Assembly: GCA_020891255.1 (NCBI GenBank)
Contig: BQFW01000005.1
Coordinates: forward strand, 1 to 64,000
DNA from: Entomortierella parvispora E1425
Lineage: Eukaryota > Fungi > Mortierellomycota
Reading direction: 5' to 3'
DNA: 64,000 bases
Shown here: positions 53,617 to 64,000 of the stretch, one piece after another
Position numbering within the stretch: position 1 is the first letter of the stretch
Layout: each line of letters begins with the position of its first letter
Notes under the pieces: generated by a model
What the model saw: only the letters and a program-made list of their open reading frames with translations
Told to the model about the DNA's origin: nothing
The model's database searches: none
Made by a program: the position numbers and the translations under genes

Positions 53617-54206
53617 AATCTAACCAACGACATGGTCGTTCGTTAGTTTCCCACCGACCATGGGGGGACTTTCCTTTTTGGGCGTGTTATCCGTCGACCT
53701 TGACATCTCGTATCCGCCGACCTTCTTGTCCCTCATCCGCCGACCACTCCGTTTCTTGACCATCGACACTTCCGTAACCGCCGAGTTGTGAAATTTTGGG
53801 AGGGTTCAAACTTACCAAAAGTTGCGAAGTAATTTCTCTCTGAAAAGTAGATACTGTGGATCCTATACTAATGTGTCTAGCCATATCTACCTTGTAGCTT
53901 GGCCAACTGAGTCATTGAAACTTCTGCCGCTGGTGACCGGCTGCTCGAAAGGACAGCGGTTAGTGAGAAAGGCACCGATCTAAATTTTTTTTTTTTTTTT
54001 TTTTTGGTTGACATGAACAAAGTACTTTGGTTAGGTTGAGGTCTAAGGAGCGGGTCGTCGGCAGATAAGATGAAGACAAGTCGGCGGATGAGGGACAAGA
54101 AGGTCGGCGGATACGAGATGTCGAGGTCGACGGGTAGGACGCCCAAAAAGGAAAGTCCCCCATGGTCGGCGGATAACTAACCAACGACTCAGTCGTTGGT
54201 TAGATT
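53617..54206. mobile_element. Non-autonomous inverted-repeat (MITE/foldback-like) element, about 590 bp
   Basis: 53617-53744 and the reverse complement of 54080-54206 align with 11 mismatches and 1 indel (about 91%); the interior is non-coding; no target-site duplication recognised. Confidence 0.65.
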
Positions 54207-55018
54207 CTTCGTTTTTTTGTTCTTTTGTTCTGTGAGCCAGAAGATATTGCGCGTGGGCACCTAGCCAACGAGCTTGTAAGTGTGAAAAGAGTAAACAGAA
54301 TGAGAAGATGCAAAGCTTCCTATCATTCAAGAGATAGGAAAGGTTCGCAACGCGAGACCGTGTCAATATTTCTTCTCTAGATGTTGTGAGATCGCGTGAA
54401 CCATACATGACTACCACATGAAGACCTTGAGCAAGCTACGTATCCTAAGATATGCAACTGAACCGAGTATTGAGTCACATCGGCTCTTCGGTACATTTGG
54501 CATCATTAGTGGCACTTCGTATTGCCTCGGGTCGGCTTGACATGAAGAAGTGACAATCTCCGAACGCGTCTTTGAATCCAATGGTTGGGTGTAATCGAGC
54601 AGGAGTTGCCTGACAAAGACCACCCTCCAAGTAGCAGTGAGACACGATACTAGGAACCTTTCTAGAAGAAGGATTATCCTTGAATTGCAATCCATTTGAT
54701 GCTGCGGTGCAGATTTAGTTCAGAGTATTACTATCAGCCAGCATTGCCATGATGAAAAGGTCTAAGCTTTGTGCTGTAGGGATATAATGGCAGCAGAAAC
54801 GGCAGCGGAAAAAAAAAAAGAAAAAAAGAAGGGCCATCCACGCGAAAAAGTCAGATCAAGGCGAGATATCAAAAGTTGCCACCAAAATCGCGAATTGACT
54901 CAAAATCCGCTGTCCGATGCCGTGACACGGGTCTCCCGCTCGCTTTTTTTGACTACTTCGCTTCAGTCCTCCATTCCTTCTTTGCCCATTACCCATTCAG
55001 CACAACAGCACATCAGCC

Positions 55019-56390
55019 ATGAGCAACGGGAACGCACACATGAATGTTATCCTTGGGTAGGCCATCTCCAATGCACAGCAGGGATGTTTCATTATTATGT
55101 TCTTGGGTGCCTGGCCCAGAGATGATCATTCCCCACAAAAGTGCAACTCCTTTCGCTTCTCGGGTGAACTCTCCCCGCATACAAAATCCTAATCGATCCA
55201 CATCCACATCGTTCTTCAAAACTCACCTAGATGTATGACCTTTGGTCCCGAAGGAGGAGGAGCGCGTGTCAAGACCAATGAGGCCGCGAACGAGATCCTG
55301 GCCCAGTTTCGTCAGTATGGCCACACTGCCCTCGACACTGCCCGTATCTATTGCGATGGCCATACCGAGCACATGATGTCGGAGCTCGATCTCTCGGGAT
55401 TCACCGTCGACACCAAATGTTTCCCCTTGCAGCTCGGCGGTTTGGCGCCTGCCAAGGTCAAGGCTTCACTGGAGACGTCGTTGAAGGCGCTCAAGATGGA
55501 GAAGGTCCATGTCTTTTATCTCCATGCTCCAGACTACGCCACGCCTATCGAGGAGACCTTGGCGGCTGTAAACGAGTTGTATCAGGAGGGCAAGTTTGAA
55601 GTATTTGGTCTGTCGAATTACCCAGCTTGGGTGGTTACCCAGATTTATTACATCTGCAAGAGCAAAGGCTATGTGGTTCCCAGAGTCTACCAAGGAATGT
55701 ACAATGCCCTGACCAGACATATCGAGCCTGAGCTGTTTGCTTGCCTGGAAGAGTTTGGCATCAAGTTCCATGCCTACAACCCCTTGTGTGGAGGCGTCCT
55801 CTCTGGAAACTACACCTACCAAGGAAAGGTTGAGCAGGGTTCGCGTTTCGATCCCGAGGCGAAACAGGGTGCAAGGTAACTATCTTTTTTTTCCGACTGG
55901 ATGGACGATCTAGCATTCTACTTGACATGTTCTGACAATTGTTCCTTTTTGGCTAAATGACGTTTTTCAGATACCGTGAACGCTACTGGAAGAAGGAGTA
56001 CTTTGAGGCCGTCGATCTTCTCAAGAAGGTGTGCGAGCCCCACGGATTGACTCTTGTTCAGGTTGCCTTTAACTGGTTGCAGTTCCACTCCAAGATGTCG
56101 GCCAAGCGTAATGATGGTAAGTGAAGGGAGATTCAAAAATGTATGGATGATCCATGATGAGGTATGGAAATGCCTCACTCACTCACTCACTCACTCAAAA
56201 AAACTTCTTTTTAGGCATTATCATTGGCGCGTCATCCCTGGATCACACAGTTCATAACCTTGAAGCGCTCAAGACAGGAAAACCCTTGCCTCAGGATGTG
56301 CTGGAGGCTGTTGACCGCTGCTGGGATCTTACAAGAGAGAGCTCTCCTTCGTACTTTAGAACAAAGGACCAGATGATGGGCGCTCGTTAG
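55019..56390 (+). CDS. Aldo-keto reductase, AKR7 (aflatoxin B1 aldehyde reductase) type (4 exons)
   Basis: MNVILG/CMTFG, LDTARIY, VDTK, FYLHAPD, FGLSNY, VYQGMYN, AYNPLCGG, IIGASS. Confidence 0.92.
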
Positions 56391-56494
56391 AAAGTCAACA
56401 TGATACAATTAAGCGAAGATAGCTTTCAATCTCTGGAGGCTTTGGCAAAAAAAAAAAAGGATCAAGGACAGTTCAAGTCCAATAAAAAAGCATT

Positions 56495-59020
56495 TTATAG
56501 TTCCCAATTGGTGAAGAGGTTATCGTAGAACCGTATGCCTTCTACGGATTCATCTCTACAGATTCTTCCGCGCGCCTCAGTCATCTAATTCAGGGGAAAA
56601 AGAATAAAATCAAAGATGAGAAACAGCCACCAGATCCACGGTACAAAAAAAAAGGTCCGGTCCGATCTTGCTTCTGTTCACTGTACCAAAAGCTGTTCTT
56701 GTGCGAGCGCTACACTTATCTGGACCGCACTCGCAAGTTCAATGGCTGTAAGGCCAGCGCCTGGTGGCAAACCTTGGATCCGTTTCCAGACAGCGGTCGA
56801 AACTTCATCATCGCTGTAACGAGCCAATGTTTGAATCACCAAGAGTCCACTGTCAAATTTGCGTAGCCGCAGTGGCAGATTGAGATCTGGGAATAGTTGG
56901 CAGGCTGTATGCAAATCCTTTGGTGAAATGAGCTCTATCAAGGTCATACAAGAAAGAACAAAAGACATTACAATTAGCGCAGGCTTCAACAATTCGAAGA
57001 AAGGCGCACATTTGCTGCTCTCTCTTCTTACCAACGCCTCGAGCACGGTTGAAAACACAATATATATCCATCAAACTCATGGTGCCGCCTTCACGCTCCA
57101 CGATCGGCAGAATAAACTCGACCAGTTCTCGGGCAAGTTCCTTGTGAAAGACAGCGCCAGCAGTATCTCTATAATCGTACCAACATGAAGTGTAAGGAAA
57201 TACGATTCTTCACCGCTGCTAGGCCCATACTGGTTCCCGTAACTTCGACCTTTATCCTCTTACTTTGTTACAGGCGCGGCGATTCCCATGCTCAAAAGAT
57301 AAGTCTTGAAAGTTGCGCTCTCCTCTTTATCGACAGAACTGGACTTTGCCAATCGATTGGAAATCGTCTCGGCAAGAGTAACCATTTCGGCCGCTTTCTC
57401 CATTAGTCCATTAAGATCCTGGAACGCCTGCGACAGTGTTTCGTCCGTCACTTTCTTGTTGGTCTCTACAGTTCGTAGAATATTGCCTATTTGTTCACCC
57501 CAAGAGGCAATCCCATTCAGTATTCTTTTTTTTCAGTAGTGAGGAAAAGGTCCTACATATGTTCAAGATTTGAACTTACTGATGCCTCCGATTTTGATCT
57601 GCGGTGTTGCTGGTCCTGTACTTGTTAAGTCTGATGAAGAGCTGTTGCTTGTTTCCAATGGCTTTGGCTTAAGTTTGGACTACAAGGCATGAGGAGAAGT
57701 GCGGTCAATATTGAACATCTCAGCAGCCTCCAAAAATAAAAATGGTCTATTTTACCCTCAAAATCACTTACCTCCCAAGCTTTGGCGGCAACGGCCGCTT
57801 TCAACAAGGTGTGGAAATGTCCAATGCCTCCTGCGCGAAATGACAGCTTGACGCTGTTGTTAGCCTCATCGTTCGAGGTCGATTTCCCGGAACTTGGCGA
57901 GGAACCAGAAGATAGACCATAGAAACCAGAGAACAGTTTGCTTCCTCCCAAGGACTTTGATGGACTATTATTGCCTCCCTGAGCAGTCGTTGAGGGGAGC
58001 GAAGTTGATATGGCACCGTTGTTGATCGTCGAGGGAAGTTGACGAATCGATCTCTGATGCTGCTGTTGTCTATGGAGCATGAACGCAATCGAATCTGCAT
58101 CCTGAAGTTCAGTCCCACAAATCTCGCACTGGATCATGAACGGATCATTTTGGAAGGTGCAAGCTGGGCAAGCAATCCCTGTTGTCGCTTCCGCCATGGT
58201 TGGATCTGGTCCACCGTTAGAGGCAGCATTCTGGGGCGCGTTTCCAAAAGGGTGATCCATGTAATTAGGTTCGTTCAAGAGGAATGGGTCTGCAGCTGGA
58301 GTGGTGGGTGTATTTGCCACAGACTCGCCGATGGGTCTCTTGACGCCACAAATCGTGCATTTCTGAATGCCTCCTTGATTACTGTTGTAGCAAATCGCAC
58401 ATACCCAAGAGGGTTCATTTTTGATCGCCAGTCCTGAAAATGAATTGTCGAGTGTCTGTTGTCCTTGAGTGGAGATCAGATCCGAAGACGACTGAGGGTC
58501 GACGATGGTGGATCGAGGGTATAAGTCGAGCGTGATCTTTGGCGACGAGGAAATGAATCCACCCTTTTTTTTTGAAAATGAAACGCACAGATGGTCAGTG
58601 ATCGAAAGGATAGGTGATCTCCAAGACTAGAATTCAAGAAGGGTTCTTGCCCTGTTGCCACGTTACATAGTGCTGGATGCCCTGGATCAGGCGCAAGGAC
58701 AGTCCGATGGACTTTCGAGCAGGATCCTTTGCGTCAATGTAGAGAATACGATAGCCTGTAAGATAGACGGTCCCGCTTGGGTAGTCCTCCGCTTTGAGTC
58801 GACTACCAATGGTGCAATGGTGAACGGAATGGGAAAGCGGTGTTAGTCAAGGGAATTCTTTCTGTGTCTCCATTGTTGGAGCTCTGGGCGAGGCACGCGT
58901 GGGTGCATTTGGTTACCCATCGTAGAGTCCGACTTGGTCCTGTGTCGTCTGGATGGTCTCGAGAGGCTCGAGGATGGGGCGGAATGTCGAGGTGAGTTCG
59001 ATAGGGTCCCAGCGGTCCAT
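56495..59020 (-). CDS. VPS36: ESCRT-II subunit Vps36 (split GLUE domain with two NZF zinc fingers, winged-helix C-terminus; multi-exon)
   Basis: RPILEP..DQVGLYDG, GTVYLTGYRILYID, NZFs WVCAICYNSN..KCTICG and IACPACTFQN..QCEICG, AFQDLNGLMEKAAEMV, GGTMSLMDIYCVFNRARG, LISPKD, CRDESVEGIRFYDNLF. Confidence 0.94.
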
Positions 59021-59283
59021 GAGACTGTGATGTGCGCGTGCAAGAGATTAAGTTATAGGGTGGGCGAGTGAATGAATGGAGTGAATGAGCAAAGTAGAAA
59101 GAAGAGACATGCATGACAATGCATGCATGCACGAGTGGATAAAAGTGCGCCAAGGTCACGTTATTCTTCGGCCGGAGTTCCTGACTTTTGGTTCTTAGTT
59201 CTCGGCATCGATCTTTCCTCTCCCTCCACATCCGCATCTCCGCACTCCATTCCTCCTCTCCCATCCCCATAATCATACAAATC

Positions 59284-60135
59284 ATGACCCGCAAGCGAGC
59301 TGCAATCTCCTTTACCGGTGGTAAAGACTGCACCATGGCCCTCTCTCTCACTAAGCCCACTCACGACTGTGTGCTCTTGGTCACCTTTGGACCAAAGAAC
59401 TTCAAGTCCTTCAAGGCTCACTCGCTCCAGCTCATTGAGCTTCAAGCAAAGGCCATGAACATTCCTCATATCCTTGTCGAGATTGGTGAGGAGGGCAAGA
59501 GCCACCTGGAGTGCTACCGCGAAAAGATTGCCGAGATCAAACAACAATATAACCTCGATCTGCTGGTCACTGGTACGACACCAATTCTCGCTTCAATTGC
59601 TTCCGTTGCTTAAAAAAACTGAGCATAGCTTACAAACCTGATTTGCTGACACCCTTTGCTCTTTCCACACTGGCACGCAATACTTTCCGACCCATTCTTT
59701 GATGAATGACTACCAACGATAGGCGATATCCTTAATGTTTGCGACAACTTCATGACCCGGGCCACCCAGGACATTATCGAGTTGTCCTGCCCGATCTGGG
59801 CCATTGACAGACACAAACTCTTGGATGGACTCTTTGAACGTCAGTTTGAGCTCTTGATCACCTGCGCATCAATCAAGAAGTTGGGCGACGATCAAGAGCT
59901 GGCCAGCAAGTTTGTGGGTGCTAGACTGACCAAGGAATTCCAAGAGAGCACGTTGCAACCGAGGGAGAAGGAGGTCGACATGGGAGGAGAATTGGGAGAG
60001 TTCCATACAATGGTGCTGGCCGCCCCGGAGCTCTTCAACGGATATAGGATCGAGTTTGAAGGCCGACAGATCGTCGAGGGCGAGTACATGTACATGGAGT
60101 TTGACAGCCTCCGACTCATCCACAAGGACGAGTGA
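59284..60135 (+). CDS. PP-loop ATPase of the diphthamide-synthase/MJ0570-like domain family, short form (2 exons)
   Basis: PP-loop AAISFTGGKDC, LIELQAKAMNIP, LLVTG/DI, PIWAIDRHKLL, DMGGELGEFHTMVLAAPELF; intron 59573-59722. Confidence 0.82.
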
Positions 60136-60338
60136 AGGGAACTAGAGATCGACAATTAAAAAAAAAAAAAAAGAGAAAAATTGGTGGCAACCCATCCACT
60201 CATGAATATGTTGGCTCAACAAGCCACAACGGACAGGCGAGACCTGTGGGGATTGAAGTGCGGGTTGTTGCCCGCTTCTCTTCTTTCCTTACTCCACACC
60301 CCAGCTCCTTTCCTTTCCTGCCCTCCATTCACTTCAAC

Positions 60339-60980
60339 ATGCACACCATTGCCGACTTTTGCGTGATCCCCATGGGCGTTACTGCCTCCGTGAGCCAATA
60401 CATTGCCGAATGCCAGCGCGTCATTGAAAAGAGCGGTAATCTTGCTTCTTCCGCACACACCACACTCTATCGAAATAAACACGTCTTTCAACCCATATGA
60501 CTCAACAACCCCCTTTCCTCCATCTGTTCATAGGTCTCGCTTACAGCATGCACTCCTATGGCACCGTAAGTCTCATCATGCCCCCTCACCCTTGACTTTG
60601 AGAACAAAGAAAAAAAACACGACCTATTTCCTTGGCGTAATCTTGATCTAATCCTGGACTCTTTCCTCAATGTCATCCAGAACGTCGAAGGAGAGTGGGA
60701 TGATGTCTGCAGAGTCATGAAAGAGTGCCATGAGGCTGTCCATGCTATGGGATGCCCAAGAGTCTCGACCAGGTAAGGACATTGCAGAAATGATTTTCTG
60801 AAAATGATCATCGTGTGGCGACTCTAGATCGCGAAGCAGACCATTTGTACTAACTGCCTCCTTCCCTGCTTTTTGTTCAATACTAGCGTCCGCATTGGAA
60901 CCAGAACTGACAAGGTTGGACAGACCATGCAGGATAAGGTCAACGTCGTTCACGAGATCTTGGCCAAGGATGCAAAGTAA
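60339..60980 (+). CDS. ECM15: Thiamine-binding-protein/UPF0045 (Ecm15, MTH1187/YkoF-like) small protein (4 exons)
   Basis: IADFCVIPMG..SVSQYIAECQRVIEKSG/LAYSMHSYGT/NVEGEWDDV..CHEAVHAMGCPRV/..RIGTRTDK..QDKV. Confidence 0.88.
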
Positions 60981-61138
60981 TTATTTGGACTCTTTGAAAA
61001 ACGACTTCGGAAGCAACGATCCACCAAATCAGTATCAATAAAGCAAAGGATGGCAAATCGTTTGCCAAAAAAAAAGGTGTAAATGGTAGGGGATCATTTT
61101 ATTTCAACAATCGCAAAAATGCTAACAGCAGCAGATGA

Positions 61139-63244
61139 TCATGGCTGCTGAGGAATGGTCGTAATGAATTGCTTGAATCCTGCAAGCGCATCTGGGTGAT
61201 TCCAGAAAATAAGAGAAACTTCCGAGTAAACCTAGAGCAAGTGAAGTAAAGGATGAGCTGTACTGATTCCTGGAAATGATTCAACTCGTGCGTCACTCTC
61301 CGTTTGCATTCGCCATACCTGTTCAATCGTCCATCCTGTGCGCTGGTACTTTTCTAAAGCAAAGATGAAACGGTCATACATGGACATATCCCGCTTTGCT
61401 TCGTACTATTGGAATCAAAAACGGAATAGTCAGAATTCCTGCTTGGTCTGAAAGAGTGGATAATATCTTACAAGTCATACTGGGTCGTCCTTTCTTTACC
61501 TTGACAGTCTGAACGAAATCTTTGGCTTCAATAAAATCAGGGGAAACAACAAGTTCTTCTGGTGGGGCTTTTGAAATAAGCTTTGGCTCGAACACCTCGA
61601 CGCCCGAGGTCACCGTGGGCAAAAATTTGTGGAAGCGGTGAAGCAAGTGCGGGTGATAGCGAAGAACGATCGAAATATAAAAATAGAGCTAGGCAACACA
61701 AGTTGACGCAAAGATATACATGTCAATATCTCTGATGTATCAAAGCCTCCTGAGGACGCCGGGGAAAGAGTCCAGACAAGACTTACAGATGAGTAGGAGT
61801 GGTCCTTTTGAAATTTCCGGAGCAGCGTGATCATGTGCTGGTACATGTCTGGTTCCTGTAGTGACCGCTCCTATATGGCAAAGGAAGAACGACGCGTCCG
61901 ATTGTGATCAGTATCGGAAAAAAAAGTTTGTGCAATCCTATTTGATTTGGGCGTGAGCCTACCTTGATCAACCCCAAAAAGTCTGCCGCCGCGTGGCCAT
62001 TGTCAGCCCCAGGCTGTTCAGCATCTTGACCACCTTCTAATTAAAAGAAAAGAAAACGAGAGTGAGCATTGGGTCGAATGTTGATCTTACTTGGCACCAT
62101 GATGTATCCAGAAGCGAAAAGCAAAAAAAGGTTCCGGGCTACCCTTAGACTCTCGAGATCTCGGAAAACATACCTTGTGGTACTGCCAAAGCTGAGGGTA
62201 TAGTTGATGACTGTCCATTCGCTGCCTGCCCACTTGATGCCCTGGCACCTTTTTCCTTGTAGTCAGAATACATCATGGGCTGTGATATTCCAAGATTAGA
62301 AAATATCGGTCAGAGGGTGTGCAGAAATGAAGGCGCGAAGGTTTCCAAGTCTCGAGTTGGGCTTTTTCTTCATTTCTCCTTACCGGTACAAGTTGGTTCA
62401 ACAATCCTTGAGCCTCTGGCAAGAACTCCTTGAATCCCATAAGAAGGTCTGGCTGATCCTGGAAGAGCGCCATCACTGTCCGTACGAGCTGGTTAATGGA
62501 AAGACTAATTGGAGAGGGCGAAATTGCGCGTTTTAGCGTTTCTGTCCAAGAGTTTCATCGTTTTTGTCTACCAAAAGACAACGGAGGAGGGTGTCCCGAG
62601 TCAGAAGCTTTACCTCCTGTCGTGATATTTCTCCAAGACCTCCAGAAACTCGGTGTAGACTCTAGGATTGCTTTCATATGCCTTCTTCACGGAGCCCACA
62701 TAGTCCACTGCGTTCCTGTAGATGGGCGATTGTGGTGAAGTTCCAGCTCCCCCTGAAAGTGCCGTAGCCTCTGTTGAAAGTCCATTATGTGTTGCTTGTC
62801 TATAGGATGGGTATAGAAGATGGTTAGTATAGCCGAGAGACCGAAAGAGAGAGAAGGAAGAGATCCAGGCGACATGACAAGCAGGGTCAAAAAGATTCAT
62901 TACTGTTGGTCTTGAGTGCTGTGAGCAAGAGAGACGAGCAGTTCAGCGACGGCCATGCGGGCTTCTGGCTGATGGGACGCGAGATGCAAGTCGTTGGTAT
63001 TAACGTTATTAAGTGTAGTTTGGTGGTGGTTGCTTTGGTTGTGGATGAGATCGAGGTCCATGTTCATGGCTTGCTGGGTGGTAGTCTCAATATTGTTGTC
63101 GGCATTGTCGGTGCTGGCGGTCAGGGCAAGCAGGGCATCGGTGGTGCCGAGAGGCAGAGGAGCAGACGAGAGCGAGTGCGCAAACGAGGCGGCCGAGGCC
63201 GAGTCGTCGTCCTGCTGGGTTTTGTTGTCTCTGTGCGAGAGCAT
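61139..63244 (-). CDS. Stand-alone protein with three Sin3-type PAH domains (multi-exon; start codon uncertain)
   Basis: PAH1 NAVDYVGSVKKAYESNPRVYTEFLEVLEKY..ALFQDQPDLLMGFKEFLP; PAH2 AADFLGLIK..EPDMYQHMITLLRKF..YHPHLLHRFHKFLP; PAH3 EAKDFVQTVK..MYDRFIFALEKY..VYSEVSLIFWNHPDALAGFKQFI; stop at 61139-61141. Confidence 0.8.
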
Positions 63245-64000
63245 CGGTGGCGAGCGTGTGAGGAGTCAGTAAGGCAGATCCAAGGAGATCGAAGGAGGAA
63301 TGAGGCTTTGGGGGGAATGATTCGACGCGAGAGGGAGAATGAAGAAGATTGAAAGAAAGAAAAAAAAAAAAAAAAGATCGGATTTGACTGATTGATTGAT
63401 TGATTGATCAAAGATGTCAGACAGACAGACGGAGAGACAGACAGACAGGCAGCAAAGGAGAAAAGAACCTGGAGAGAGAAAGGAAAGAAAAGAAAAGAAA
63501 AGAAAAGAACAGGAGGAGAAAAAAATTATTCCCAGAAAGAGAACTGAGAATAAAAATTATCCCTACTCCTCCCTGCACACCACGCGTGTGACGTATCTGT
63601 GGACGGAGGGTGAAAGGGCTGTTCTTCCCATTCTCCAATGGCGAATGCTTTGAACTCTCGTCGACTCCCCTCCTCTCTTTCATCCATCCATTCATCCATC
63701 CCTCTCATCTAGTCAAGTCCCTCATCATCACAACACCCAACCATGCCTGTAGGTGGACAGATACACATGCCTCCTTGATAGACTGACACTGCAGACACAC
63801 CCAGCGTCGCGCGGGGACGACATTCATCGTTTCTGAGACAGCATCCTTTTCGCATGCATGCAAAACGGACAAAGACCCCCGCCACCAAGGACTATATTAC
63901 ATGCACTCAAAGAACAAACCCGACTCATTCGTTCACCTGCTTCTTCCTTCTCTCTAGGCATATCACTCAGCATTTAACGAGCTCTCAGACTTGCGCTCCG

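Noticed and set aside
53691-53767. 23-bp periodic motifs as a CRISPR-like array
   Set aside because: Eukaryotic context, 8-bp cores with about 15-bp gaps, mirrored within inverted repeats, no cas genes.
54240-54760. ORFs of 71-124 aa between the inverted-repeat element and the AKR gene as a possible transposase remnant
   Set aside because: No DDE, zinc-finger, tyrosine-recombinase or RT motif recognised.
57900-58400. Two NZF zinc fingers inside the Vps36 GLUE domain
   Set aside because: Same architecture as S. cerevisiae Vps36; not novel.
63400-63520. (GACA)n and (AAAAG)n runs upstream of the PAH gene
   Set aside because: Ordinary purine-rich simple repeats, matching the pyrimidine-rich leaders seen throughout this window.

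Overview
Gene-dense, intron-rich fungal genomic DNA, most likely from an early-diverging fungus (Mortierellaceae is inferred from the ARM-like/NACHT/pentapeptide/WD40 gene architecture; not verified by search). About 29 protein-coding loci were reconstructed by hand across GT-AG introns. Housekeeping genes: MAP2, MED7, CBP4, FIS1, END3, KEL3/KLHDC4, FCP1, GDI1, RPL19, RPS18, VPS36, ECM15-like, an AKR7-type reductase and a twin-CX9C protein. Genes better known from animals: APH-1, tyrosine aminotransferase, TTC36, SARAF. Also three secreted or cell-surface proteins, an NLR-like gene that is frameshifted as read and runs off the left edge, an RBR ligase, a prokaryote-like PP-loop ATPase, a stand-alone triple-PAH protein, one tRNA-Ser(GCT) and a non-coding inverted-repeat element next to it. 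The strongest unexplained signal is four exact ATCTGATAA sites plus one variant (the SreA/Sre1 iron-repressor motif) within about 470 bp upstream of an uncharacterised 4-Cys secreted protein. Caveat: several genes carry 1-bp indels in short base runs, so some frameshifts are probably assembly errors. Internal exon boundaries were read by eye.
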